Source: the human T2T-CHM13v2.0 reference genome, Homo sapiens
Strand: one strand, 5' to 3'
NCBI RefSeq assembly: GCF_009914755.1
Contig: NC_060938.1
DNA length: 64,000 nt
Shown here: positions 30,146 through 44,920 of the stretch, piece after piece
Position numbering within the stretch: the first letter of the stretch is position 1
Layout: each line of letters opens with the position of its first letter
Notes under the pieces: model-generated
Seen by the model: the letters and a program-made list of their open reading frames with translations, nothing else
Databases searched by the model: none
What the model was told of the DNA's origin: nothing
Translations under genes and position numbers: made by a program

Positions 30146-31224
30146 GAAGTCCCAAAGGCTACTGCTAAAACACCTTTGCAGGGTTTGCAATGTTTCCCGC
30201 CACCCTCACCTCCTCCCCACCCCCAAAAGAATGACAGCATTGGCAAATTGATCAAATAGATGTATTTGCAACCAAACAGAACTAAAACAGACTTTCATTC
30301 CTAAATAATAACCCTGGGGGAAAAGAGTCTACATGACTGATGGCCATTTGGAAAACTTAGTTTTTCTTTTCTGTATAAATAAACATCATTAAGTATTTGC
30401 ATGGTACATCCAGCGCAAATCAAACATAGGTGATGCCAATGAGCCCTCTTAAAAATGCCTTTTTCTGCTTTACCCATCCTTCTCTATATAATCAGCTCTT
30501 TGGGAAATCCAAGTATACACTGGTATGGCATAACAAGCCACACCTTGGCCTTCCACTTCATTTCTTTTTCCCTAACATGAAATGGCTGCTATCAATTTTA
30601 ACAGCTCTAAAATTTTTCTACCTGTGTTATTGCATTATGGTTGTACATTACAGTGAAATGTACATTACAGTGAAATGAAAAGGAGCTTTTGAAAAACGTC
30701 TGGATGAGTTTATGGATGTTGCTTCACGAGGATTTGAACTAATTTGGTCACGGGAGAAACTGTTTTAAGGTAATATGCAAAATATGTCTGTATTTTAACT
30801 ATTAAATTTAAAAAATATTTGCAGCACATTTGTCTTGTAGTTTGGGTATATTTTTCCATTAAATGTACACAAGGAAATAGAGTAAATTAATCTTTTGAAT
30901 TAAAAAAAAATTCATTTTGTTTCAAAATTGAGCCCCAAAAAAGATTCCAGAATCTGATTTATTAAAGTTTTAAGGGATTAGATACAGTTCTACTCAAAAA
31001 TCAGGGGAAAAGTACCACAGTAATGAAATCACCTTGCATGAAATAAACTATATTACATAAAATTCTACCAATGAATAAGCATCAGGAAAAATATTACACA
31101 GTCAGTAGGGTCACAAGGCTGAGGGAAATAATGGTAAATTCAAATGTTTTATAGTTTGAGCTTAGTCACACTGGGATTCATGAAAAGTGCTAAGTAAAAC
31201 AACTGAGCCCCCATGTCTGAGAGT

Positions 31225-31460
31225 CTAATAATAACTATTATAGTTGCCATTTACAAAGCACTTACTATGCTAAGTACCTTACACACATTATCCCATTTAA
31301 TCTTCACAATAACTTATGAAGTGGGTAATATTTTTATTTCATTTTCATAGATGTCTAACTAAAGCTTAGAGAGATGGTCCACAGTTACTCAGATGATAAA
31401 CAAAAAAACTCCTGCGTCAAACCATGTCTGACTCCAGAATATGAATTCTTCATTATTATA
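31225..31460 (-). mobile_element. MIR
   Basis: gcacttactatgc...tttaatcttcacaataac...cattttcatagatg. Confidence 0.75.
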
Positions 31461-31489
31461 CAATGTGAACTTTCTACTAAAGAAATCCA

Positions 31490-32300
31490 TTGTTCATTCA
31501 TTCAAACACTTCTGTTGATCAAACAGCCAGCAGAAGTTTTAACAAGTAATCAGATTTGTTTTTTATAAAGCTTTGCAGTGGAGTGAGGAATGGACGATGT
31601 AGAGGAAGAGATTGGTATCAGGGACACTGCTTAGGATGCTGCTGTAGCAGTCTGGGCAAAATGTGAGGAAAACCCCTACTTAGGCAGGGGCAGTGGAGAT
31701 GCAGAAAAGGAACCAACCTTAAATATATTTTTATAATAATGTTAGTAAGTGTAGATGAGAAACTGCATAGTAAGAGGTGAGGGAAAAGGAGTTATTAAGG
31801 ATGACCCTGTGTCTTCTAGCTTGGAGCCTGAGTGGTATCATTGACAGAAGGGAGAGTACAGGAAGACGAAAAGGCTGAGAACAAGCTCTGGAGGCCAGTG
31901 GAGACAATGAATTCAGTTTTGGTGCCTGGGGTCATTCAGTTATGTGTGCAGAGCTAATGATAGTCATAAGAGTCATTACCATGTGGATAGAGGTTAAAAT
32001 CAAGGGAACAGGTGAAATCGCTCAGGGAGGGTTTATAGTGTTAGAAGAGAAAAAAAAAAAAAAAAAGTAGTAGCTGGAACCCTGTGGAACACCAGCATTT
32101 AAGGCCCGGGTGGAGAAAGAGGAGTAGGCAGGAGATTCACAGAGGCAGAGGACTGAGTGGTAGGAGAACTGGAGAGTGCTGTACTCAGGAAGCAAAGGGA
32201 GGCAGTTCAAGAAGGAAATGTACAGGGAAGCCAAGCAAAAGAGGATCCAATATAGCTCTTTGGATTTAGGCATTAAAAAGCCATTAGCACAGTAGAAATG
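31490..32300 (-). mobile_element. L2 fragments
   Basis: ttcattcattcaaac end; aaggatgaccctgtgtcttctagcttgg; ggaacaccagcatttaagg. Confidence 0.65.
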
Positions 32301-33028
32301 GAACATTGGAAGTCAATGTCATCTCAGAGTCATCAGAGCCTGTTTGGGATTAGAAATAAACTACTTTTGTGCTGGAAGAAGGGTGTCAGAGTCTTACAAT
32401 GGTTCTTAAAAAGTATAGGCCAGACAATTGGTGTTCCTACAAATTCAGAACTATGTGGTTAGCTGATTGCAGACACTGGCATTGCCTGATCTGCTTCCTT
32501 TTTAAATTTTAATTCAAAGTCTTAAAGTGAGACATCTTAGATAATAAATGCTTGATATCCCACAGTTGTTTTTATATAAGCCATAGGAGCATGTTATATA
32601 CAAAGAATATATGTCCAGACACCTTGATTAATTTAGTACTCATATTATCTCAAGAGCTGCATCATTCAGAACTAGTCCTGACGGGACAGAAAACATATTT
32701 TTGTTTATCAGCTAAAATGAAGCCATCACATGCCATGAAAGAGTATCAATGACCCACTGGGCCTGCCAGTTTTTAAATTATGTGATTTGTGATTAATGTT
32801 TAATTTGGGGATTCTCATGATCTAAAATTTTGTGCATTAAAGAAAAGTTTATTGTATACTGTACAATTTTAAATTGAAATAATTCAAATTCACATAAAAC
32901 GCACCCATAGTGTTTAAATTCATGTTACTTTATTTGTTAAATGCCTAGAAAGGCTTTTTAAAAGTTAGTATTTTACAAATTTGACAGAGAACACATTTTT
33001 ACTTTACTATATTACTTTAAAAACAAGG

Positions 33029-33361
<333 letters not shown>

Positions 33362-34494
33362 AAAAGCAAGTTTTATGCAAATGTAAGATGTATTAGTATT
33401 ATCTTTAATCAAAATGTTGAAGTCACTTAATAACACCTTACTATTTGATATACTCTTCTAAGCTGATAGAGCTTGCAAGGCGTTTGTGTTAACTTTGAGC
33501 TAATCTTCACTTTGACAAAGCTGCCTAGCCCAATCCTGTGTTTTATGTGAAGGACATAAATTATGCTGTTTTACAGTTGAGACACTCGGTCTCTGAGAAA
33601 ACTGAAAAGAACAACTTGAGTTATGGGCAAGTTAGAGATTAAATCAGACAAAGAATGGACAGATTTTTGTGCTTCCAGCTCTATTATTTCCTTCTTTGTT
33701 ACACCACAAATAGGCTGCCTCTCTACCCATAACCAGCTCTACCAATTTGATGGAATTGAGTTGTTTATATATAAAAAGAAGTCCTCATTTTGTCATTTTC
33801 ACTTGCAGCAACTAGTAAGATAACTATCTTACAAAATCTAGATCTAGAAGTATCTGTTACCTCAAAATTACATACGCCAATGATGTGTAATAGGTCAATA
33901 TTAACATGTTAACAAAGTTAACATTGATGTTGACTGGAAATAAAATGGCCACATGAAGCAAGTCCAGATGCAAGCAATCTGTAGTCACACATAATAGGAG
34001 GGCTCTTTAAAGTTGGAAAGCCATTTAGTTTGAAGGCCTCAGAGGAGATGACTTCAACAACAGCAGTTGAAACAGAAGGAAAAAAAAACCTTTTCATTCA
34101 CGTTCCAATTCTGCAAAGACTGAATTCTAACTGATTAGAGGGCATGTGACAGCCAAATGAGTTTGAACAATAGAACAGAGTGTGGTGGAGGGATTCAAGT
34201 TTGGGGCTAGAAAGCTGGAGTGTTGAATTTTCTTTAAGGCTTTGCCAATGACTTGCAGCCTGGCTTTACCCTAATTATTTATGCCCCCTCTTTCCCTCCA
34301 ATGTTACAATCCCTTTGTCTATAGAAATCACAGGGAAAATTATTTGTAGCATGCTTTGTACAATGTATGCTGAGATAGCAAACTATGATAAAGAATTCTG
34401 TTCGTCCTAGCTGGAGATAAATGGACAGGCTAGACCACCCAAAGGTAACTTGGAACATTGGTAAATTTTTAACAAGTAATTATCTTCTTTCCCT

Positions 34495-35180
34495 TTTTTA
34501 CATTTTATTGTGAAAAAATCGGAAAGTACAAAAAATAAAAATAGATAAAAATTCACCCATCATCCCTGTTGATATTTGGGATATGTCCCTTCAGTCTGTG
34601 GTGTGTGTGTGTGTGTGCGTGTGTGTGTGTCTGCATGTGCTTGTGACACTATTAATACATACACTCTTAAAGAGAAAAAGATGTGTTTAGTAAATTACAA
34701 TCATACTCTACATTGTACTTTCTAGCTTGTATTTTTCACTTAATAGATAATATCAACATTTTTTAAAAAATAATCTTTGAGGACTTTTTGGTGGCTGCCA
34801 TATTAATATGCTAATTGTACATAATATTATTTAATCAATCCCATCTTGTTAGATATTTAGGTTATTCTCAACTATTTGTTATTAAAAAAACAACGTGTAT
34901 TAAATATCTTTAAATATGAATCTGTGTTTCTAATTGATTACATGATTAAGATAAGTTTTGGTTACTGAAATCACTGAATGAAAGGATATGAATATTCTAG
35001 GCTCTTAATATATATTACCTGATGGCTTTCCAGAAAGGTTATACCAAATTACACTTTAGTCAGTATTGTATGAGATTATACAATTCCCTAAACTTTCTCA
35101 AATAATGCTGCTTTCCCTTTTTTCATCTTTAATATTTGATAGGTGTTTTAAAGCATTTTTAAAAATTTATTTTATTATTA
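34495..35180 (-). mobile_element. Old L1 (L1ME/MC-like) fragment containing (TG)n at ~34602-34630
   Basis: gatatttaggttattctca, ctttccagaaaggttataccaaattacact. Confidence 0.6.
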
Positions 35181-35382
35181 ATGAGCAATCTTATTGAATT
35201 GGGAATTAGGATAAGTATATGTGAATTTTTCATTGAATCTCGTATTTTTCAAACTTGAAGACAAGATCTTTTATCTCATCAAAAGAGTGTCTTAGAAGAG
35301 CAAACTTCTGGCTTATACTTAAAGAAGAAAATAGGAACTGAAAGCCCCTGAGGATACTCAGATTTCTGCCAATGGTCTAGAA

Positions 35383-35589
35383 CAGGGATGGCAAGTTTAT
35401 GCAAATATATAATGCCTTTGTTCTCCCTCCTTTCCCTCCGTTAACTGGCAGACATCACTAATTTATCATGACACTTTTTTCGCAGTGAGCCTAGATGTAC
35501 TCTCAGAATTCTTCCCCACACCACTACTGCTGATATGAGCTATTATCTCTCTTAGATGGCATTTAAGATGAAACCAATTTGCCTTCCTG
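35383..35589 (-). mobile_element. MER117-like hAT MITE
   Basis: TIRs cagggatggcaa / ttgccttcctg; hAT-type flank gtctagaa; internal gcagacatcactaat, ctcagaattcttc. Confidence 0.7.
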
Positions 35590-36660
35590 GCCCAGAGAGC
35601 AACCTACATTTCCACAGGAAAAGATAAATGCAGGGAACAGTACAATGTTACGTGGCTGCTAGTCTCTTCCTCTGATCTATTTCTCTCCCAAATATACATC
35701 ATAGAAATGCAGTATTAGCTACACATAAATTTTTCCCATTGTATATATTCCATTAATGTATACAATGTGCTTAGGAAAGTTCTCACTCCTTTTCCATGTC
35801 CTCCTTAATTTCTGAGATACTACTCCTTGAAGATACTCAATAAATTCCTGTGGCTATCTAACAATGTAATTGTCAGGATTCTATGCTCTTAGTAAGTCTA
35901 GTTCTCTTCAAAATCCATATAAATCCTTCCTCCAAAGTTTGCCCTCACTAGCCATCATTCAGTTATGTTTATTCTCCCTTCCAATCCCTTTCTATTTTAA
36001 TGTCCCCATTTAATGCTGTTGTTACCATTCCCTAAAAAGATACCATTTCATGGGATTTGGAATGGCCATGCCTGAGGCAAGTCCATTAAATAAGCATGCA
36101 AGAGTGTGAGTGCTGTGCAAAGCATCTTTAGAGAGAGATAAAATCATTCTTACATAGACTATCTATCTTAGAGAAATGGTGCTCTTTCATTTCGCTACAA
36201 AAGAAGTGAGCAGCTGGTAAATAGTAGGTAATAAAAGCTGCACTTTCAATGAACAACAGAAAAGACCAAGGTCAGAGGAACTGATGAGGAACAGCTAGTC
36301 AGCCTTTCTTATGACGGAGCTTAGCCTGGCTCCTAGTCTTTGCCTCTCTCTTCTTCCAGTAGCCTACCTTACCTACGACCAATCCTGAGCTTAGGCAAGA
36401 AGAATTTTAAGATGTTTCTGTTCCATTTGAAATTAGTTCATCTGGCTCTGACCTTGGGCATAACTGGTCATGAAACTTCCCATGTATTCAATGTCATTGG
36501 TGTACTTAACATTTTTGAGCATCCATTATGTGCCAGACACAGCAGTAAACAAGATAGATATAATGCCTGCTAGAGGCAATACAAGGGATAGTTTCGGGAG
36601 GCCTTAGATATACCATCATCTCCATTAGCCCCTTCCTCAACACAAATAAACTCCTAGTCC

Positions 36661-36967
36661 TTCTTTGTTTCTGTTTTTGTTTTCTGAGACAGCGTCTCAC
36701 TTTGTCACCCAGGCTGGAGTGCAGTGGCACAAACACAGCTCACTGCAGCCTTGACCTCCCCTGCCCAAGCGATCCTCCTGCCTCAAACCCCCAAGTAGCC
36801 AGGACTACAGATGTGAGCCACCATGCCTGGCTAATTTTTGTCTTTTTTGTAGAGATGAGGTTTCACCATGTTGCCCAGTCTGGTTTTGAACTCCTGAGCT
36901 CAAGCAATCCACCTGCCTTGGGCTCCCAAAGTGCTGGAATTACAGGTGTGAGCTACCGTGCCTGGCC
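36661..36967 (-). mobile_element. AluJ
   Basis: J-type bases; TSD actcctag(t/c)ccttcttt. Confidence 0.93.
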
Positions 36968-37211
36968 ACTCCTAGCCCTTCTTTTCACTAGATTGTTACT
37001 CAAATTCTCTCCTGTAGAGGTATCGGAACTACCACTGGTCTGATTTTTGTACTCATGGAACTTAGATTTAGTGGGTCAAGCACCAACAAGTAAGCAGTCA
37101 GTGACAACCCAGTACTGCACAAGCTCTGACTATGGCATTACATGGTGCTGTGAATACTCAAGAAGGACATCAAATCCAAGTGTCACAGAAATGACATCCA
37201 AAATGAGGCCC

Positions 37212-37788
37212 ATGGTGGTTAATTTTGTGCAACTCGATTAGGTTAAGCAATGCCCAGATAGCTGAAAACATTATTTCTAGGTGCACCTGTCAGGGTGTTT
37301 CTGGAAGAGATTAGAATTTGAATCAGTAGAGTGAGTAAAGAAGATCTGCCCTCATCCATGTGGGTGGATATCATCTAATCCACTGAAGGCCTGAAGAGAA
37401 CAAGAAGGAAGTGGAAGAGTGAATTCTCTCTCTCTTTCTTGAGCTGAGGAATCCATCTTCTCCTGCCCTTGGACATTAGTTCTCCTGGTTCTCAGGCCTT
37501 TGGATTCCAGAACTTGCAGCAGCAGCCCCCTCAGTTCTCAAGCCTTTGGCCTTGGATTTGGACTTATACCATCAGCTTCTGTGTTTCTCAGGCCTTTGAA
37601 CTTGGGCCAAATTACTCCATCAGCTTTCGTGGTTCTCCAGCTTGGAGATGGAAGATGGTGGCACGTCTCAGCCTCCATAATCGCATGAACCAATTCCCAT
37701 AATAAATCTCCTCTTACCGATCTATGTAATCTCTCCATCTCTCCATCCATCTAACCTATTGTTTATCTGGAGAGCACTGATAGATACA
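37212..37788 (+). mobile_element. MLT2 (ERVL) solo LTR
   Basis: ggttaattttgtgcaac...cccagatagctg...cagcctccataatcgcatgaaccaattcc...ctggagagcactgatagataca. Confidence 0.85.
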
Positions 37789-38251
37789 AGACCTAAAGCG
37801 CGGTATGACTTAGGTAGCAAAAGAGGCAGAGGAGAAGACTCCTAAGCAGAGGATTCAGTATCTACCAAGGTCAGAAGGAAAGAAAATATGACATATTCTA
37901 AAAACTGTTAGTTTTGGAGGGTAAATATGAGGAGTGAAGGGTAAGAGAAACAGAGTAAATCTCAAAAGACAAGGATGGGGAAGTGGGCAGGGCCAGTCCA
38001 AAGAGGGCCATAAGCCATGCTATGCAGTTTGGACTCTATCCTTAACTAGACAAATGGGAAGTGAAACCAAGTTTGAAGCAAGCAAATAAACTGATCAGTT
38101 TGTGTTTAAAAAGACCACTCCGGCCACAGAAGTGAGAATGGAGAGGAGGTAGGCAAAGCTTTTGAGGAGGAATTCATCAGGAAGCTGCCACAGAGAGTAA
38201 TGTGGCTGGAGCCAGGGTAGTGGCGATGGGGAAGGGAAGAAGTACAGGGGT

Positions 38252-38710
38252 TGTATTAGTTTGCAAGGGCTGCAGTAACAAAGTGCCATAAATTGGGTGG
38301 CTTAAAACAACAGAAATGTACAATCTCACAGTTCTGGAAGCTGGGAGCTTGAAACTAAGATGTCGGCAGGGCTATGCTTCCTCTGACAACTCTGGGGTGA
38401 AACTTTCCTTGCCTCTTCTAGCTTCCAGTGTTTGCCAGCCATCCTTGTTTCTCCTGGGTTTGCAGGCGCACCATTCCACTCACATGGCTGTCTCCTCCCT
38501 ATGTGTCTTCACATCCACATTCCCTCCAGGTGTCTGTCTCTATATCCAAATTTCTCCTTTTTATAAGGACACCAGTTATATTGAATTTGGGCTCACCCCA
38601 ATGACCTCAGTTTAGCTTGATTACCCCTGTAATCTTATGCTTGACTTCTGAGGTCCTGGGGATTAGGACTCCAACATATCTTTTGGGGGGACAAAATTCA
38701 ACCCATAACA
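38252..38710 (-). mobile_element. MLT1C-like MaLR solo LTR
   Basis: tgtattagttt...ggtggcttaaaacaacagaaat...caacccataaca; 5-bp TSD ggggt/ggagt. Confidence 0.88.
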
Positions 38711-39034
38711 GGAGTTCTTTTTTAGTCCAAGCCCCATCTTTCCCCTGATGCTCTGGGTCAGATGGATGCCTTGTCCCCTGGGCCTGAGCCCTTGTCCTCC
38801 GTGATATGGCACTGGCTGGTTCTTCACAGCCCTTCTTCCAAAGGCTAGAGATGGGATCCTTGGGACTTTCCTACTGCCACTGCTTGCCAGTTCAGCTCTC
38901 AAAATATTGTTTGTATCTGAATTCCTCAGCCAAGGCTCTGTCCAGCCCCCACAATGCCCCATTCCCAGGATGTGACATTCCTGTTGCCAATTGACTTTCC
39001 TATCAGCTGTCATCTATTTTGTAACCCACTAGAT

Positions 39035-39210
39035 CAGTATTTCTCAAAGTGTAATCCAGAGACCACCTGCAGCAGAATCACCCTGGAGTATTGTTTAAAA
39101 TGTGGTTTATTTTGATCCACATAACCCCACTGAATCAGAATCTCTCTCTAGCTGTGGGGTCTGGGAATTCATGTTTGTAACATGCTGTGCTAGTGGTTTT
39201 TGTGAACACT
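39035..39210. mobile_element. MER5A
   Basis: cagtatttctcaaagtg...gcagaatcacc...ctgaatcagaatctc. Confidence 0.75.
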
Positions 39211-39552
39211 CCAGGTTATTCATTCTGCTTACCTGGCTTCCTCCCAGCATTGCTGCAGGGTCTGCCTCCCAGGGTTGGCACTGTGTCTGTAAGTAGGGCT
39301 CATCCCAGGCCCATCTCCCTTTCTAGTCTTTCCCATGCTGTCCTGGTTAAGTTTAACCATTCCAAATCACCAACGTGGATCTCACAACCAGAGGAGGAAG
39401 AATAGTCTTGAAATAAATTATTCTTATGAAGAAAAGACTCAAGTATTGGAATTTCACTTGACCTGATGAGGGCAGGTAATTACACACAACTGATGAAAAT
39501 TCAGTGAGAATAAAGTTATTTATTGATGGGCTCTAAGAATGCCCAGAAATGA

Positions 39553-39904
<352 letters not shown>

Positions 39905-41936
39905 TTAAGTATATATATATAAAATATTATGATATATAACATTATATATATTATACATGTATAAAAACATAAAATTGATAGCAGTGATAGACTATCCAGA
40001 GCCCTGACTGCTTCCCTCAACCCTGAACATTCATCATCACTCTAATTCAAAAGAATCATAGTCTGAAAGTTCTCAATCATCTGATATTTAAACAAGGAAA
40101 TATGCCTTCTGATGGTTTTAAGGATTTGGAGTTTTGAGTTTGACTCCAGTATAAGTGTGTATATGATAGATAGAAGTATGCAAAAATGTTCATTTTTAAA
40201 GCTCAGTTCACACATAAATTTTTAGTTTTTCTTTGAGGGGTTGAAGTTTCAACTCTATTTAACCCCCAGAAGAGAGCAGGCGGCAATCCCAGTGCAGAAG
40301 CAGCACTCCTACGGGTGCCAATAAATATTTGATGATGTTGATCATTTTCTTGCCCAAGGCTGAGAGAGTATCATCAACGGAGGTATAGATGATCATCTCC
40401 CCAGTGGTTTGCTTTTATTTATGCATAAAACTCATCTCAGACTTTTACTTGTTAATAATGTTATATGTTGTAATGGTAGAGGGTTTTCTAAGTGCTGATG
40501 CCTACCAGTTGTAGGTAAGTAAATCCTTCAGTATGGAGAATAGAGTTGGGAAACTCCAGAACAATGCATGGGTTGACAGAATGATTGATTTCACATTTAA
40601 ATCGATGGAAGAACTAACGTAATTATTCAAATGGTTTAAGCCAAAATAAACCAATTTGGTCTACAATTATATGTCCTGAATATTTTAGTTAAATTGGGCT
40701 GTTATTCATTTCATTTGCCCATTTTATAAAGATGAACCCACCATAATTACACTGTTTAAAGAAAAAGATGCTTCCATGCAATTTTAATTCACCAAACTTG
40801 CATTTCTAATAGCAACAACAAGCAGCCTATATGCAACCAACATTTGCTATGCGTTGTTAATCTGTTTTTAAGCCTACCTTCATAATTAAAAAAAAAAACC
40901 TTTCTTGATGTTTATTCTGCCTTCTTTAAACAGTTGATGCTAAGGTGAGGGTGTTTTATAGTAATAGGCAAAGCCAGAGGTTGTTGAACCTCTGATACCA
41001 TCAGAGACTTGACAAAATTTACTTGAATAAGAGGAGGCTTATCTTTCCTGCCTTCTCACCTCTTTTTTTGACCCTGAGCCTACCATCTACACAACACTTT
41101 CTATACTGAGCTTCAACTTATCATCCATTGTGCAAAACCTCTTATTGAAACCCCATTCAGGTTTCACACCCTCTCCAAGTATCCTATAAAATAATATATA
41201 TAAATACTGCCATTCTCATTTTCCCTACTCCACTTCAAAAACATTTTCCTTAGCCAGAAATGAATAAAATCTAGCTGATGAAAGTAGTTCACATTAATGC
41301 TATATTGTAAAAGAGTATTAGATTAAATATGGAAGAAAAAGAATAAAATAGGCTTCTCAGTGGCCCTCTCCATGGTTATCTGCTTTCCCATGACAGATAA
41401 ACAGGAAGAACAACTGGGCACCCCACCTTTGAAAGAATGCCTCCCCGCCTTCCTGTTTACTGCATACTTTGCAATACGCTTTCTGACTGGTTAATCTTAG
41501 CCTTTCTAATATGAATGTGACTGTACTTTGAAGATCTTATATGTAGACCTCAGAAAGAGTTACTCTTTCATCTACTCCCATGAAATGGTCCCTCTGAAAC
41601 CCAAACAGAATGTAAAAAACTTTGATTTTTACTTCATTTTGTCTACTCTTATACATATAATAATCTTTCTGGTTTTAGATACTGTAGGTAATTTGGGAAT
41701 CCCAAACTATGTAAATAACCACACCCTTCTCTAAGTTTCAAATATCCACAAACTAAACTACTTCCATAAAAGACCTTTCGGAAAGAAAAGGCTAGCACTG
41801 AAAATGTGTGCTGTTTTTTCATTGAACTCAATTTAAAAATAGCCCCATACCATGTTGTTAATATTTGTTTTTAATGTGCAGCTATAAAAGAATTCACTGG
41901 GGCAAACAAAAGTTGACTTTTAAAAGGCCAAGGCAA

Positions 41937-42099
41937 GGCTAGGCCTGGTGGCTCATATCTATAATACCAGCCCTTTGGGAGGCTGAGGCAGGAAGATCCC
42001 TCAGGCCCAGGAGTTCGAGGCTGCAGCGAGCTTTGATGGTGCCACTGGACTTCAGCCTAGGTGCAGAGTGAGACCCTGTCTCAAAAAAAAAAAAAAAAA
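41937..42099 (+). mobile_element. Alu monomer (FRAM/FAM-like)
   Basis: Single 7SL-derived arm with A tail. Confidence 0.85.
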
Positions 42100-42120
42100 G
42101 ACTGGGGGACAAGGTAATCC

Positions 42121-42121
<1 letters not shown>

Positions 42122-42170
<49 letters not shown>
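42122..42170. repeat. (TG)~24 microsatellite
   Basis: Read directly. Confidence 0.97.
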
Positions 42171-42171
<1 letters not shown>

Positions 42172-42181
42172 GCAAACTTTA

Positions 42182-42493
<312 letters not shown>

Positions 42494-43089
42494 ATTGTGA
42501 TCTAGTGTCCTTTAGATTTCTTCTTTCTTTTTCAATGAGATACATTGGGATAGGTTCTATTTTAAAGTGTGTCTGAGCCTATAGAAAAGAAATAAAAACA
42601 AAGGGCAAGGATACTGGTTCCAGGCAAACTTTAAACTCTAAGAGCAAAAGTTACCAAACTGGCTTAACTTAGTGTCAGGCCAAACTCAGTTTAGGGACAG
42701 GGCCATGATACAAAACAATAACTGCACAAATAATATTTAACAAAGTAGCATTTTGAGTGTAAGTCTGAATTACTGTGGGAAGAAAAGTTTATAGCCTTTT
42801 TTTTTCTCCATGTCGAGGTTTATCAGCAGAGTTTCACAATGGGAAAAAGAATGTAACTGTCATATGATAAACTACATTTATACAGAAGAAATAACGAGCT
42901 TCATCCTGAAGATAAACAATTCAATACATAAGCATTTCAAGCTGATAAAACAAGGATAGATCAAGAGCAATCCACAGCTAAGCACTCGAGAGACCACAGG
43001 TAGGAATGCAGCCTGACCCCAATGCTGAATAAGAGGAACATTTGAAGTATTCCCACTACTATGCAATGCTAGAAGCCTGTAGGAAGCCT

Positions 43090-43565
43090 TTATCTTAGTA
43101 GTTGTGGTGGTTAGAATAGAGCCCAAAATACTGTAACAAAGAGACCCCCAAATCCAGTGCCTTCAGTAAGATGGGAGTTTGCTTTTTTCACACATTACTG
43201 CCCAGAGGTATAATAGTTGAGCATTCTGGGGCAAGTAGGTGGCTCTGTTTCAAGGACAGACAGGGAGGCAGGTTTGCTTTTATTTTGTTGATCCACCTTC
43301 TGTTAAGGTGTTGCCCTCAGCCTCATGACTGATGGTGGTTCGTTAGCAGCACCAGACTCAGAAGCAGGGAATGAAAAAGGAGAGGACAACCAACCTCTTT
43401 TTCAAGGACATGCTCTGGAAACTGCATACATCACATATGCTCACAGCTAGACACAAAGGAGCTGGGAAATGTCATTCTGACACTGAACAGTCAGGTGTCC
43501 ATCTAAAACACAAGGGTTTCCCTGCTCAAAGGAGAATGGATTTGGGGATTTAGTTAGCATTCTCT
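43090..43565. mobile_element. Old MLT1-like LTR
   Basis: ctgtaacaaagagacccccaaatccagtg...aaggagctgggaaatgt. Confidence 0.55.
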
Positions 43566-43596
43566 CCCATATTAGTTAAGGATGACAAGCTTCAGA

Positions 43597-43597
<1 letters not shown>

Positions 43598-43634
<37 letters not shown>
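43598..43634. repeat. (TG)~18 microsatellite
   Basis: Read directly. Confidence 0.97.
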
Positions 43635-43636
<2 letters not shown>

Positions 43637-43689
43637 ATAGTCATACACAAGCATTCTTAAGATATATTAGGGGCTTATATGTAAGGCAA

Positions 43690-44920
43690 TATTCCTTAAT
43701 GGCTAAGATGGATCGAAGGTAGACTTTGAGGCTGGGAAGACTTGAGTTTGATTACATCCTGCATCTCTAACTGACTAAGTCTATACATCTTGGAAGCATT
43801 CATTTTCTTACCTATAAAATGAAGATAATTCTTACCTCATAAACTGGTGTGAGGGGAAAATTAAATAATGTGTATTGTTGTATAATAAATAATTTGTCCT
43901 GGATTCCTGGCAGGAAGCTCCTAAAATTCTTGGAATTTCCCCAGTGGTCAGTGTCTTTATTATTTTCATGAGCCCCTCGGGTCACACCTGAGTTTATGCT
44001 AATGAGACAGAGAAGGTCCAAGATGGGGACTAGATATCAGAAAGACCAACCATGTGATTAGATGGTTGAGGCTTTAAGCCCTGTGATATCAGCCAATCTC
44101 CTGATCTCTGGGGATGGGAGAGGGCTGGATATTGAGTTCAGCTGTGTGTCCAATGATTCAATATGTAATGAAGCCTCAGTAAAAACTCTAGACACTGAAG
44201 TTCAGTGGATCTTCCTGGTTGATCAACACATCGATGTGCCAGGAGGGTGACACATCCTGATCCCAGAAGGAGAACACATGGAAGCTCTGCATTCGAGACC
44301 CTCCCAGACCTTGCCCTGTGTGTCTTCATTGAGAGAGTCTTGATTTCCATTCTTTATAATGAAACTCTAATCCTAAGTGTAGTGCTTTTCTGAGTTGTGT
44401 GAGTTGTTCTCATGAATTATCACACCTGAAGTGGTTATGAGAATCTCTGAATTTGTAGCCAGTCAGTCAGAAGTGTGGGTATCCCAGGGACGCTTGAAGT
44501 GTGGCTGGCATCTGCAGTGAGGGTAGTCTTGTGAAGGGCTGAGCCCTCAACTTGTGGGGTCTGCATCAACTTTAGGAGGTTAATGCCAGAACTGAATCTT
44601 GTTAATTCCTCTTTGACATAAAGCACATGCCTTGGCTAGCCAGGTAAAGGCAACTTTGTGAGTCCAGAGCCTACTCTTCCTCATGGTGGCAGCCCTCAGA
44701 ATATAGGCACAAGGTCACCTTTGGCTTGAATAGAACTCCTCCTTCTCCAGTCACTTCAGATTCAGAGGGGGTCATAAGCCTGTGTATTTTGTAAGGGCAC
44801 TTGTGTAGGAGCCTTTAAATTGGAGGCAATAGACCAGATGATTTTGGAATATGTATACGATGCTTAAAGAGTACCTGATATGGGGTAAGAGTTCAATAAA
44901 AGCTATGGGCTATTATTGCT
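43690..44920 (+). mobile_element. MIR split by MER21 (5' part ~43690-43875, 3' part ~44852-44920)
   Basis: ctataaaatgaagataat...taatgtgtat | insertion | tgtat...gcttaaagagtacctg...ttcaataaaagc...tattatt. Confidence 0.65.
43876..44595 (+). mobile_element. MER21-family LTR, 3' part replaced by an inverted foreign segment
   Basis: ttcctggcaggaagctcctaaaattcttggaatttcc, cagaaagaccaaccatgtgattaga, ggaagctctgcattc; candidate TSD tgtat at 43871-75 and 44852-56. Confidence 0.85.
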
